From the NCBI GenBank assembly GCA_044359815.1, contig JBIKLL010000004.1, positions 24,244-88,243 of the forward strand: a DNA stretch of 64,000 bases. The letters run 5' to 3'. Position numbers and translations under genes: made by a program. Positions 1 through 10,162 of the stretch are shown piece after piece (within the stretch, counting starts at the first letter, position 1; each line of letters begins with the position of its first letter). The notes below the pieces were generated by a model. That model was not told the DNA's origin. It ran no database searches and saw only the letters and a program-made list of their open reading frames with translations. The stretch is from Pseudobdellovibrionaceae bacterium (GTDB lineage Bacteria > Bdellovibrionota > Bdellovibrionia > Bdellovibrionales > Bdellovibrionaceae).

Positions 1-54
1 GTTGTTCAGTTTTCATAGTAAAAGAGGACTCTACAGTTAGGGAGCAATTCTTTT

Positions 55-1134
55 ATGGTTCACGATTTAAGTCCTTTTTTATGGCAAATAAAAGGTGATT
101 TTGGGATTCGATGGTACGGACTTTCCTACATGCTGGGATTTATTGTTGCGTACCTGCTGGCCAGATGGATAATCCAAAAACAGAGAATGGGTTTGACCAT
201 AGATCAGTTGGGAGATTTTGCGACCTATTGTGCGATTGGTACTTTGGTGGGAGGTCGATTAGGTTATTGTTTGTTTTATGCTCCCGAATTGTTTTTGCAG
301 TTTAAATCAAGTCTTCCTTTTTGGGGTGTGTTGGCTGTCAATGAAGGCGGCATGGCCAGTCACGGTGGAATCATCGGGTTGGTTTTAACGGCGATTATTT
401 ATTCAAAGCGTACAGGCATTCCGCCTTTGTATTTGTGTGATCTGATTTGTTTTGGTGGAACAATTGGAGTTGGCTTTGGTCGGATTGCTAATTTTATCAA
501 CGGAGAATTGATCGGCAGACCGGCCAGCCCAGGATTTCCCCTGGCCGTAAAATTTCCCCAGGACATGTATCAGTGGCCAGCCACAGACACCGAACGCTTA
601 TCACAAATCGCTGACGTGGTCGCCATGGTTCCTGGCAGTGAACAGTACCAACAAATCAGCAGGGAAAAATGGCTTGAACTGGTTTCACAGTACAAAGTTG
701 ATCCAGGTGCAAAAGCCCAGGTTCATTATTGGATACAAGCCACAATCGATGCCATTCAACATGGGCAGCAGCAAATTAAGTCAGCCATTGAGCCTTTTTT
801 AATCGCCAGACATCCATCACAGTTGTATGCAGCAATGTCTGAAGGATTTTTGATTTTTATTATTTTGTTTTTAATGTGGCGCAATCCCAGAAAGCCTGGG
901 GTAATTGGCAGTTGGTTTTTAATCTTGTATTCGATTGGCAGAGTCACTAATGAAATGTTCAGAATGCCTGATGCCCATATTGGGTTTCAGTTATTTGGTT
1001 TGACCCGGGGCCAGTGGCTTAGCATTGCGATGTTGATTTCGGGATTTGTTTGTTTGTTTTTGTTTGGCAACAGATCGGCTTTTGCCGTTCACGGTTGGGG
1101 ACACGATCATTCGGTCAGACTGCATAGGAAATAA
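55..1134 (+). CDS. lgt: prolipoprotein diacylglyceryl transferase
   Basis: IRWYGLSY, GGRLGY, GGMASHGG, GRIANFINGELIGR and HPSQLY motifs; multiple TM segments. Confidence 0.97.
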   Translation: MVHDLSPFLWQIKGDFGIRWYGLSYMLGFIVAYLLARWIIQKQRMGLTIDQLGDFATYCAIGTLVGGRLGYCLFYAPELFLQFKSSLPFWGVLAVNEGGMASHGGIIGLVLTAIIYSKRTGIPPLYLCDLICFGGTIGVGFGRIANFINGELIGRPASPGFPLAVKFPQDMYQWPATDTERLSQIADVVAMVPGSEQYQQISREKWLELVSQYKVDPGAKAQVHYWIQATIDAIQHGQQQIKSAIEPFLIARHPSQLYAAMSEGFLIFIILFLMWRNPRKPGVIGSWFLILYSIGRVTNEMFRMPDAHIGFQLFGLTRGQWLSIAMLISGFVCLFLFGNRSAFAVHGWGHDHSVRLHRK

Positions 1135-1236
1135 TTGAAATCATGGAAATTGACGAGCTGACCGAGGTTAAAAATCATCGCTTAAAAGGGCCTTGATAAG
1201 GCAACCTTTGATTTTGTTTTTGAAAAGCTCAATCAG

Positions 1237-2541
1237 TTAGTTCAAAATTAATTTTTGGATCAGGTCCTCAGGTGTTTGCGAATGACTGTCCTGCTGGCCT
1301 GTTTTAAGGTTTTTTACCATAACTGTTTTTGATGCAGATTCTGATTCACCCAAAATGACGGCATGGGAAGCTCCCAGTTTGTCGGCTTTTTTAAGGCTTT
1401 TGCCGACTCCTTGAAAGGGCAGCAGCAAACAACTGACTGAATTTAATTTACTGACTTGATTTGCGGTCAATTCTGGATTCATCGCTCTGCACATAACTGA
1501 TTTTCTAAAATCATGGCAAAAATTTTGAATCTTTGAAACAGATGCTTCATCGGCAGCAATAAACACTAAATAATTTTTTTTAAAATCATTGGCTGGCATC
1601 AGCATTGACAAACGTTCTGTACCAGCAGCCCAGCCCACGCCGGCCACATCAGGGCCACCCATTTCGCCAACTAATTTATCGTAACGACCACCTGCCAATA
1701 TGGCGCTTTGAGCGCCTAGGTCCTTGGTTACAAATTCAAAAACTAAATGGTTGTAATAATCAAAGCCACGAACCAAATGATCACTAACTGTGTAAGCAAT
1801 TTTCTGAAGCGTCAGTTGGTTTTGAATGTCGGCAAAAATTTTCTGACTTTCGGGATTTAAGCATCCTGACAGTTTCGGAGCCGCTTCCAAAATTTTGTGA
1901 TCCTTGGGGTCTTTGGAATCAAAAATCCTGAGTGGGTTTTTTTCTAGTCTGACTTTTGAAAAATCTGATAAGTCATTTTTAAATTGATTCAAATACTGAA
2001 CCAGTTTTTCGCGGTGTTTGGCCCGTGAGACACTGTCGCCCAATGTGTTGATCTGCAGTTCGTAAGAAGTGATTTTAAGATTTTTTAAAATACTGTCAGC
2101 TAGCAATAAACATTCAACATCGGAAACCACGGGTTCACCACCCAAAAATTCAATCCCGATTTGGTTGAACTGTCGGTAACGACCCTTTTGCGGACGTTCG
2201 TGCCTGAACATGGGGCCAGAATAAAAAAATCTCAAAGGCAAATTTTGTGTCAATCCATTAGAAATCAAAGCCCTGACTACTCCGGCCGTGCCCTCGGGGC
2301 GTAAAGTGATCGAATCGCCACCACGATCTGTGAAAGTGTAGGTTTCCTTGGACACCACGTCTGAGGTTTCGCCCAATGAACGATGAAACACGTCTGTGAA
2401 TTCAATTATGGGAGTGATTATCTCCTCAAAACCAAAAAGCTGTGCCGTATTCAGGGCAGTGGCTTCAATATGTCTGTGCAATGAGCTTTGAGGATCTAAA
2501 ATATCTTGTGTGCCGCGCACGGGTTGGGTTTTGTGTGACAT
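1237..2541 (-). CDS. hisS: histidine--tRNA ligase
   Basis: PVRGTQD, LRPEGTA, FRHERPQKGRYRQF, LVRGFDYY and GGRYD motifs. Confidence 0.98.
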   Translation of the reverse strand: MSHKTQPVRGTQDILDPQSSLHRHIEATALNTAQLFGFEEIITPIIEFTDVFHRSLGETSDVVSKETYTFTDRGGDSITLRPEGTAGVVRALISNGLTQNLPLRFFYSGPMFRHERPQKGRYRQFNQIGIEFLGGEPVVSDVECLLLADSILKNLKITSYELQINTLGDSVSRAKHREKLVQYLNQFKNDLSDFSKVRLEKNPLRIFDSKDPKDHKILEAAPKLSGCLNPESQKIFADIQNQLTLQKIAYTVSDHLVRGFDYYNHLVFEFVTKDLGAQSAILAGGRYDKLVGEMGGPDVAGVGWAAGTERLSMLMPANDFKKNYLVFIAADEASVSKIQNFCHDFRKSVMCRAMNPELTANQVSKLNSVSCLLLPFQGVGKSLKKADKLGASHAVILGESESASKTVMVKNLKTGQQDSHSQTPEDLIQKLILN

Positions 2542-2611
2542 AGTTAATTTCTAACCGGTTTGACCGTGTGAGGCAACCATTGAAACACCAGATTGGCAAC
2601 GGCACTATTAG

Positions 2612-3100
2612 TTGATGCAAATGATGGCGTGGAAAATGAGTTCCAGAAATGTTCTTATAAGCCTTTTGGTTTTTGTTATTTCAGTCAGCCTAGGGGCGCT
2701 GTTGTACCACACCTTGGTTTATAAAGTTCACGGTGATTATCAAGAAGTCGATTGGTACAAACTGGGTGAACATGATTTTGTGTCAGGCATGACTCCGGAT
2801 TCGCTTAAAATCCATGATGGTCAGAAGGTTAGGATTCCAGGTTTTATGGTGCCGCTTGAAGACAATATGCGAAAGGCCACAGTGTTTTTATTAGTGCCGT
2901 CGCCTCAAGCTTGCATCCATGTGCCGCCACCTCCACCCAATCAAATGGTGTTTGCTGAATCCGCGGATAACAAGGGGATCGAAGTCAGAATGTATGTACC
3001 CATTTGGGCCTATGGGGTGTTTCACATAAATAAAAAAAGACATCAGTTTGGTGAAAGTTCCTTTGAGATTAAGGTCGATAGAGTGGAGAATTATCAATAG
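2612..3100 (+). CDS. DUF3299-family protein (start may be ATG at 2636)
   Basis: GQKVRIPGFMVPLE and ACIHVPPPPPNQMV motifs; first gene before an ABC ATPase and permease. Confidence 0.85.
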   Translation: MMQMMAWKMSSRNVLISLLVFVISVSLGALLYHTLVYKVHGDYQEVDWYKLGEHDFVSGMTPDSLKIHDGQKVRIPGFMVPLEDNMRKATVFLLVPSPQACIHVPPPPPNQMVFAESADNKGIEVRMYVPIWAYGVFHINKKRHQFGESSFEIKVDRVENYQ

Positions 3101-3775
3101 ATGGCAAAAGAAAAGAAAATCATTTTAGAACTGTCAAAGGTTCAGTTTAAATATCCGAATTCGATCCGAGATGTGTTGAGGATCCCCGAATTCAAAGTAT
3201 TTAAAGGTGAAAAAGTTTTTTTGTTTGGTCCTAGTGGTAGTGGCAAATCCACTTTGCTTGAAATCATGGCAGGAATATTAAATGTGACCAGTGGTGATTT
3301 GAGGATTTTAGATCAATCGTTGGCGTCCATGAAATCCCATCAGCGGGACCAATTTCGAGCTCAGCACATTGGATATATCTTTCAAAGTTTTAATTTGCTG
3401 CCGTATTTGTCAGCCGAGGACAACATCCTATTGCCGTTAAGACTGCAAAATCGTGTCGGTGAGCTGGATGAAATTCAAAAAATAACAAAGGCCCTGGGAA
3501 TCAATGATGTGCTTTTTAAAAAATCCAGGTCGTTAAGTATTGGTCAGCAGCAAAGGGTGGCTGCGGCCAGAGCATTAATAGTAAAACCTGAAATTTTGCT
3601 GGCTGATGAACCTACTTCGTCTTTGGATTATGATCACCGCGAGAAATTTATCGAATTGTTATTTAAGATTGCTGAAGAGCGGGGAACGACAATTATTTTT
3701 GTCAGTCATGATAAACAATTGGAGAAACTGTTTGATCGCAGAGTTTCAATTCAAGAAATGAACAAGGGATTTTGA
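3101..3775 (+). CDS. ABC transporter ATP-binding protein (LolD/MacB-like)
   Basis: Walker A GPSGSGKST, LSIGQQQRV signature, Walker B ILLADEPT, SHD. Confidence 0.95.
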   Translation: MAKEKKIILELSKVQFKYPNSIRDVLRIPEFKVFKGEKVFLFGPSGSGKSTLLEIMAGILNVTSGDLRILDQSLASMKSHQRDQFRAQHIGYIFQSFNLLPYLSAEDNILLPLRLQNRVGELDEIQKITKALGINDVLFKKSRSLSIGQQQRVAAARALIVKPEILLADEPTSSLDYDHREKFIELLFKIAEERGTTIIFVSHDKQLEKLFDRRVSIQEMNKGF

Positions 3776-5037
3776 TGTATTTACTAAGTCTTGCTGTTGA
3801 ATCTTTAAAAAATCGTATGATGACCAGTTTACTGACTGTATTTTCAGTCGGGCTCAGTTCCTGTTTATTGTTGTCAGTTGAAAAAATCAAAAGAACTTCA
3901 GAGGAAAGCTTTACGGGCTCTATCAGCCAAACAGATCTGATCGTGGGGGGTAAAACCAGTCCCATCAATTTGCTGCTGTACACAGTATTTAATATTGGCA
4001 GTCCATCGAATAATGTTTCAGCTGAAGCTTTTGAAAAATTTAAAAGCCACTCGGCGGTGGAATGGGCAATTCCGATTTCACTGGGGGATGGGCATAAGGG
4101 ATTTAGAGTCGTAGGAACGAATCAGGATTATTTTAAACATTTTCGGTTTCATGGAGATAAGTCCCTGGATTTTCAGCAGGGTGGGATTTTACAGAGCCAG
4201 TTTGATGCCGTTATCGGTGACAAAGTTGCCAGTCAGTTAAATTATAAATTAGGTGATAAAATAGTCCTGTCACATGGAGTGACAAATACAGAAGGCTTTA
4301 TTCACCATGACCAAGACCCTTTTGTGGTCGCAGGAATTTTGAAAAGCACAGGGACATTGATCGATCGCACGGTTTTTGTTTCGCAAGACGGACTGGCAAA
4401 TATCCACCGCGAGCACAATGGGGATAGCCAGAATAAGGGCGAATCTGAAAAAGTTCAAAATGATCTTAATCACCCAGCTGCGGAATATCCCATCACTGCT
4501 TTTTTTGTGCGAACCAAAAACCGCATCGAAGTTTTAAGTTTGCAGAGAGAAATCAATGAATACAAAACGGAACCTCTGTTGGCTACCATACCCGGAGTGG
4601 CCTTGGCTGAATTGTGGCAGGGACTTGGTTATTTTGAAAATGCTTTGATGGGGATTTCTTGGATGGTGCTGGTGTCAGGAATGGTTTCAATGCTGATAGC
4701 ATTGCTGTCGACATTGAATGAACGCCGTCGTGAAATGGCCATCCTGAGGGCTCTGGGTGCAAGCTTAAATCATATTTCTGCACTGTTGTTGATTGAATCT
4801 TTTTTGCTGACATTGCTTGGAGTTTTTTGCGGAGTAGGACTGCATTTGTTGTTGTTTAATGGATTGGCTGGGATTCTGGAAACTGAATTTGGAATTTACG
4901 TCACACAGTCTGATTTTGTTTTACGTGAATATTTAATTTTGTTCTCTGCTGTGGTGTTAGGATTTTTGGTTGGATTAATACCAGCTTACAGGTCCATGAA
5001 ATTATCACTGAAAGATGGATTGTCGGTTAGGCTGTAA
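3775..5037 (+). CDS. ABC transporter permease (MacB/FtsX-like)
   Basis: N-terminal TM, periplasmic domain, ERRREMAILRALGAS motif, three C-terminal TMs. Confidence 0.93.
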   Translation: MYLLSLAVESLKNRMMTSLLTVFSVGLSSCLLLSVEKIKRTSEESFTGSISQTDLIVGGKTSPINLLLYTVFNIGSPSNNVSAEAFEKFKSHSAVEWAIPISLGDGHKGFRVVGTNQDYFKHFRFHGDKSLDFQQGGILQSQFDAVIGDKVASQLNYKLGDKIVLSHGVTNTEGFIHHDQDPFVVAGILKSTGTLIDRTVFVSQDGLANIHREHNGDSQNKGESEKVQNDLNHPAAEYPITAFFVRTKNRIEVLSLQREINEYKTEPLLATIPGVALAELWQGLGYFENALMGISWMVLVSGMVSMLIALLSTLNERRREMAILRALGASLNHISALLLIESFLLTLLGVFCGVGLHLLLFNGLAGILETEFGIYVTQSDFVLREYLILFSAVVLGFLVGLIPAYRSMKLSLKDGLSVRL

Positions 5038-5514
5038 ATGAGTGATGAGAAAAATTATATTACCCCCGAGGGTATTGCGAATCTGAAGAAAGAATTTGAA
5101 CAGCTGTTTCACAAGGAACGACCTAAGCTGGTTGAAACCATTGCTTGGGCAGCCAGTAACGGCGACAGATCAGAAAATGCTGATTACATTTATGGTAAGC
5201 GCAGGCTTCGAGAAATCGATAAGCGCATCAGGATACTGACTCAAAAAATTGAAAACGCAGAAATCGTAGATCCTAAAACCATCAAAGCTGATAAGGTCCT
5301 GTTTGGAGCAACTGTTTCAATCGAAGATGAAGACGGAAATTTGAAAACCTATCAAATCGTGGGCGAAGATGAGTTTAAAATCGAAGAAGGTAAAATTTCT
5401 TGGAAATCCCCTTTGGCCAAATCATTGTTGGGCAAAAAGCTTGATGATGAAACGGTTGTTAAAAAACCCAGCGGCGAAGCCACCATCACTATCGTGGGCA
5501 TCAAATATATTTGA
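5038..5514 (+). CDS. greB: transcription elongation factor GreB
   Basis: NYITPEG, WAASNGDRSENADYIYGKRRLREID, ISWKSPLAKSLLGK. Confidence 0.96.
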   Translation: MSDEKNYITPEGIANLKKEFEQLFHKERPKLVETIAWAASNGDRSENADYIYGKRRLREIDKRIRILTQKIENAEIVDPKTIKADKVLFGATVSIEDEDGNLKTYQIVGEDEFKIEEGKISWKSPLAKSLLGKKLDDETVVKKPSGEATITIVGIKYI

Positions 5515-5556
5515 GAGTTAGCAAAATGGAATTTTATTGAAAAAAACTTCGTCGGC

Positions 5557-5718
5557 TCCCTTTTGCTGCTGAAATTATAATTCGAATAAATAAATCTACT
5601 TAAAAAGACCACAGCTCCTGCTTCTCTGCTCGGGCCAGGCCCCCGCCGTCCAGGCTCCGCAGAGGGTCTTTCTAAGTAGATTTATTTATTCGAATTATAA
5701 TTTCAGCAGCAAAAGGGA
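5557..5718. repeat. 54-bp inverted repeat (1 mismatch) around a 54-bp GC-rich spacer
   Basis: Arms 5557-5610 and 5665-5718 are reverse complements; lies between convergent genes. Confidence 0.9.
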
Positions 5719-5788
5719 AGCGGTCTAAAATGGGTATTCCCATTCAATAAAATTTGATTGTTCTCAGGTGTGTGAGGCTGATTTGGGT

Positions 5789-5822
5789 AAAAAAAAAGCC
5801 GATGGTTTAGATCGGCTTTTTT
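5789..5822. terminator. bidirectional intrinsic terminator
   Basis: A-tract, GCCGAT-loop-ATCGGC hairpin, T-tract. Confidence 0.8.
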
Positions 5823-5841
5823 GAATAAAAACAGGGTAAAA

Positions 5842-6084
5842 TTACTTAGTTTTTTTACCAGCGTGTTTTTTAGCTTCTTTTTCACATTTAGTTTTTTCTG
5901 CGCCAGTTTTAGTTGAGCAGTCTGTTGTGTGAGCTTCAGCTGTTGTTGTTGCAGCAGCAGGTGTGCCTGTAGCAGTAGCAGCCGCAGCAGCAGGAGCGTC
6001 GTGTCCACCAGCAGCAGGTGTTGGGCTGTTTGCAAAAGCTGACATTGCGAAAAGAGCAACGATTGCAGAAGTTAATAGTTTCAT
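5842..6084 (-). CDS. small secreted Ala/Thr-rich protein with a C-terminal Cys pair
   Basis: Signal peptide MKLLTSAIVALFAMSAFA; AGGAG RBS upstream. Confidence 0.85.
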   Translation of the reverse strand: MKLLTSAIVALFAMSAFANSPTPAAGGHDAPAAAAATATGTPAAATTTAEAHTTDCSTKTGAEKTKCEKEAKKHAGKKTK

Positions 6085-6266
6085 GATTTCTCCTTTTGTT
6101 GTTTGAACTGCTAATGCAGTTCTTAAATGTTATTTAAACCGCTAGGGCAGTTCTTAATTATTTTTCTTTTAACGGGTAAAATTTAGGTTTCGAAAATTCG
6201 AAAGCTTTCTTTGACCGCAAAATTGGACTCAGAAATCTAGCACTATTTTTTTGACTTGCAATATTC

Positions 6267-6809
6267 ATGGTAGATAATGCTGCTGATATGAATGCACTTA
6301 TTTTATTAACAGATGTGGTTGAAAAGTTAGTTTTGCTAAGCCTTGTGGGCCTGTCAGTGTGGTCTATAAGCACTATTTTGGATCGTCGAAAATTCTTTCA
6401 AACCCAAGCTGACAAAGGCTTAGCGGCGAAACTGATAGAGCAAATAAAAAAATTAAATAACCCCAATTCAGAGCAGATTTCCCTGCAGTCTCAGATTTAT
6501 TTTCGGGAAATTAAACCTGAGGTTGAAAAGGGTTTTACGCTGCTGGCCACATTGGGCTCAAATGCTCCTTTTGTAGGCTTGTTCGGGACAGTCTTGGGGA
6601 TTATCAGAGCTTTTGCCTATTTGGGGAATCAGACGGGATCCACGGCTGTGATGAATGGTGTGTCGCAAGCGCTTTACGCCACTGCCATGGGATTGCTGGT
6701 TGCTATCCCTGCGGTGATAGCATTTAACGTTTATTCCAGAAAAGCCAAAGATCTGTATGCCAGTATCGAAAATAGCAGGGATAGATTTTTACTGGAAAAT
6801 AAAAAATAA
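6267..6809 (+). CDS. exbB: MotA/TolQ/ExbB proton channel family protein
   Basis: [21 protein letters not shown] and [15 protein letters not shown] motifs. Confidence 0.9.
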   Translation: MVDNAADMNALILLTDVVEKLVLLSLVGLSVWSISTILDRRKFFQTQADKGLAAKLIEQIKKLNNPNSEQISLQSQIYFREIKPEVEKGFTLLATLGSNAPFVGLFGTVLGIIRAFAYLGNQTGSTAVMNGVSQALYATAMGLLVAIPAVIAFNVYSRKAKDLYASIENSRDRFLLENKK

Positions 6810-6821
6810 GAGGGATTTCAG

Positions 6822-7235
6822 GTGGGAGCATCCGAGCCAAATAACGATTCTGAAATGATTTCCTCGATAAATGTGACACCATTTGTGGATGTGGTGCTGG
6901 TGCTTTTGGTGATTTTTATTGTGACTGCCCCTATGCTGATGAAGGATGTGCTAGAGGTTAAATTGCCAAAAGCCACAAAAGGCGATGGATCCGTCGTCAG
7001 TACCTTGGGAATTTCAGTCAATCAGGCTGGGACAATTTTATTAAATGGCCAACCCACTGATGATGAGGGCCTGAAATTGGCTGCACAAAATGCCTTAACT
7101 GCGGATTCCAATGCTCAAGCAATCATTGCTGCTGATCAAGAGGTCGCTTACAAAAGCGTGGTCAAAGTCATCGATTTATTAAAATCCGCGGGGTTTGAAA
7201 GATACGCATTGCAGATTGAAAGCGAAACCAAGTGA
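6822..7235 (+). CDS. exbD: ExbD/TolR family protein
   Basis: INVTPFVDVVLVLLVIFIVTAP motif. Confidence 0.92.
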   Translation: MGASEPNNDSEMISSINVTPFVDVVLVLLVIFIVTAPMLMKDVLEVKLPKATKGDGSVVSTLGISVNQAGTILLNGQPTDDEGLKLAAQNALTADSNAQAIIAADQEVAYKSVVKVIDLLKSAGFERYALQIESETK

Positions 7236-7867
7236 CTTCGTTGATGCAAAAGCCACTGGCTCAGTCAGTGATATTGCATCTGAGTGTTTTGGTTATTCTG
7301 TTGGTTCTGAATTTGGTTTCAAAAGTTAAATTCACCAAAAAAATTGAATTTGAAGTTTACAAACAACCTGTCGTAAGCAGCGCCGTTTTGAATCCAAAAG
7401 TTCTGGATGAGCCAACGCCGACGACCATGGCAGCAACCAGAAAAGTTTTTGGCATCAATAAAAAATCTTTAACTGCAGAAAGCACAAATGCCGCTGATGT
7501 TAAAGTGGGGAACACGGTAGCCAAGGAAAATGATGATTTGATCATGGACGCGAATGATGCTGATGCTTTACCCATCCCCACAGATGAATATCTGGTTAAA
7601 TCAATGCCCGCAGTTATAAAAGAATTCAGAGCACAATATCCAGCTGAAGCTAAGCAGAAGGAAATCGAAGGTGCTGTGATATTGGAATTGTTAATTGATT
7701 CAAATGGCAAAGTCCGAGACATCAATCTGATTAAAGGCATGGGTTACGGAATGGATGAAGCCGCGATCGATGCATTGAAACAATTTGAATTTCGCCCAGC
7801 AGTGGGTCCCGAGGGGCCAGTCGCTGTCAAGATCAGATACACTTACAGATTTTCGCTAACGGAGTAG
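7232..7867 (+). CDS. tonB: energy transducer TonB
   Basis: N-terminal TM with SxxxH; C-terminal YPAEAKQKEIEGAV...GKV...DEAAIDAL. Confidence 0.9.
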   Translation: MTSLMQKPLAQSVILHLSVLVILLVLNLVSKVKFTKKIEFEVYKQPVVSSAVLNPKVLDEPTPTTMAATRKVFGINKKSLTAESTNAADVKVGNTVAKENDDLIMDANDADALPIPTDEYLVKSMPAVIKEFRAQYPAEAKQKEIEGAVILELLIDSNGKVRDINLIKGMGYGMDEAAIDALKQFEFRPAVGPEGPVAVKIRYTYRFSLTE

Positions 7868-7869
7868 GA

Positions 7870-10137
7870 ATGAAAAAAATATTTGTAATCTTAATATTAT
7901 TTTTTAATTTATTGTTTAGTTTTTCCTCGGCCTACGCAATCAATGTAAAGGGGCAGCTATTTGAAAAAGGCACTAAAAAACCATTAAAAGCTTTTAATAT
8001 TTTTTTACTACCACAAAAACTAAAAGCCACCACTGACGACAAGGGCAATTTTCAGTTTACCGAAGTCGAAGGCAATCAGTTTCAGTTAGTGGTTAATCAA
8101 ACTGGATTTTTGAAATTGAAACAATCATTTTCTGAAGTCACTGAGGCTGAAGAAATAATATTGTATTTGGAAAAAGAGAATTATTCGCAATTTGAATCCA
8201 CTGTTTATTCTAGAAAGAAAAAGCGTGATCAAAGCACAAAAACCATGACCCAAGAGCAGTTTTTAAATGTGCCCGGAGCTGGCGGTGACCCGGTTAAGGC
8301 CATTCAAAATTTACCAGGGGTGAATCGGGTGGCGGGGTTTTCGTCACAGGTTGTGATTCAGGGATCAGCACCCAAGGACACAAAGTATTCAATCGATGGG
8401 CACGAAATCCCGTTGGCATTCCATTTTGGTGGATTGACCTCGGTGATTACACCGGAATCCATCAGTGAAGTAGATTATTTGTCAGCAGGTTATGGATCAG
8501 AATTTGGCAGAGCCATTGGTGGAGTCATAAACCTGAAGACCCGTGATCCCAATAATGATCCTGATGTCACTCAAAAAGGGTTTGTGTTTTTTGATACCAC
8601 CAAAACCGGTGGCTTGCTGGAGAAACGAATCGATGAAAACAGCAGTGTGTTGGTGTCGGGCAGGTATTCGTATATTGGATTTTTTCTGTCCAAAGTTTTA
8701 GAGGGTAATGAACAACTGGATTTAACTGTTGCGCCTGAATATTCAGATCTGAACGTGACTTACAAAAGCAAACTGTCTGATAAAAGTGATTTTAAATTGG
8801 TATCGGTGCTGTCCAGGGACACATTGGGTTTCTTGTTCAAAGAACCCAACCGTGATGATCCCAGCGTCAGAGGAAAATTTAACAATGAAACTTATTTTTG
8901 GCGGATCATTCCACAGTTCGTATACAAAATCGACGAAGACACTGAAATTGAGTTTTCCACAGGTATAGGTGAAAATAAAATTTCAATTGAAATAGGTGAT
9001 TACTTTTTTAATCTGAAAAATTATATTTTGACAGTTAGGGGTGAGTGGCAAAAAAAATTAAACTCTAACTGGGTGACGCAAATCGGATTTGATAATCAAT
9101 ACGGGGCTTCACAGGTGGAGTTGAAGCTGCCTGTGTTCAGAACTTCAGGTGGTGTTAATAATCCTATTGGAGCATCAGAGGTTCGTCAGGTATCGCTGAA
9201 TGCCCGAGGCAGTAATACAGCACTGTATTTTCGATCAGAATATGTATCTGATGACAAAAGTTTTTCGGCGGTCCCTGCATTGCGGGTTGATCAATTTAAA
9301 TATTTAACCAAGGAAGCCTTTGCAGACCCCCGAATCAGTGCCGAATACAGCTTGAGTGAGTTTTTTAAATTCAAATCTGCAGCTGGGATTTATCATCAGG
9401 TTCCCGAACCTCCAGAAAGGGATAGGTCCTTTGGAAATCCAGAGATCAGAGCGCCTAAGGCGATTCACGCTTTGTTGGGATTTGAGAAAGATTTTAAAGA
9501 AGGCTCCAGTCGCGGTTACAGTTGGGGTGTTTCAGGATTTGATCGATGGTATGAAAAACTGGTGATTCAATCATCAAAATACGTCGAACGCGATGGGGTT
9601 ATACAGCCTGAAATTTACAATAATAATGGTGCTGGCAGATCCTACGGAGTTGAGTCCTTGGTAAAATTTGATTTTGAACCAATCAATGGCTGGTTCAGCT
9701 ATACCTGGTCAAAAAGCGTCAGATGGGATGATGTTGTTAGCGTTTATAATTTTGAATATGATCAAACACATAATTTGAATCTGGTGATCAGTTATAAATT
9801 ACCAAGTAATTGGATGATTTCATCCAGACTGCGCTATGTGACTGGCAATCCCTACACTCCTGTTGTCAGTGCCAGCTTTGATGCCAATAATGATGTGTAC
9901 ATACCTAAACGGGGGCCGATTTATAGTGAACGTATGAGGGATTTTAACCAATTGGATTTGCGCATTGATAAAAAATGGATCGGCAATCAATCGATTTCCT
10001 CAATGTACATAGATATTCAAAATGTTTTAAACCAAGCCAATCCTGAATCAATCAGGTACGCTTATGATTATTCAACCAGTCAGACTGTTGATGGACTGCC
10101 TTTGTTAGCTGCTATTGGTATCAAGATGGAATTTTAA
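7870..10137 (+). CDS. TonB-dependent receptor with N-terminal carboxypeptidase-regulatory-like domain
   Basis: Signal peptide; plug DPVKAIQNLPGV...GGVINL; beta-barrel ending in Phe; in operon with exbBD-tonB. Confidence 0.9.
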   Translation: MKKIFVILILFFNLLFSFSSAYAINVKGQLFEKGTKKPLKAFNIFLLPQKLKATTDDKGNFQFTEVEGNQFQLVVNQTGFLKLKQSFSEVTEAEEIILYLEKENYSQFESTVYSRKKKRDQSTKTMTQEQFLNVPGAGGDPVKAIQNLPGVNRVAGFSSQVVIQGSAPKDTKYSIDGHEIPLAFHFGGLTSVITPESISEVDYLSAGYGSEFGRAIGGVINLKTRDPNNDPDVTQKGFVFFDTTKTGGLLEKRIDENSSVLVSGRYSYIGFFLSKVLEGNEQLDLTVAPEYSDLNVTYKSKLSDKSDFKLVSVLSRDTLGFLFKEPNRDDPSVRGKFNNETYFWRIIPQFVYKIDEDTEIEFSTGIGENKISIEIGDYFFNLKNYILTVRGEWQKKLNSNWVTQIGFDNQYGASQVELKLPVFRTSGGVNNPIGASEVRQVSLNARGSNTALYFRSEYVSDDKSFSAVPALRVDQFKYLTKEAFADPRISAEYSLSEFFKFKSAAGIYHQVPEPPERDRSFGNPEIRAPKAIHALLGFEKDFKEGSSRGYSWGVSGFDRWYEKLVIQSSKYVERDGVIQPEIYNNNGAGRSYGVESLVKFDFEPINGWFSYTWSKSVRWDDVVSVYNFEYDQTHNLNLVISYKLPSNWMISSRLRYVTGNPYTPVVSASFDANNDVYIPKRGPIYSERMRDFNQLDLRIDKKWIGNQSISSMYIDIQNVLNQANPESIRYAYDYSTSQTVDGLPLLAAIGIKMEF

Positions 10138-10162
10138 TTAATAATTAAAAATGAGGATTTAA

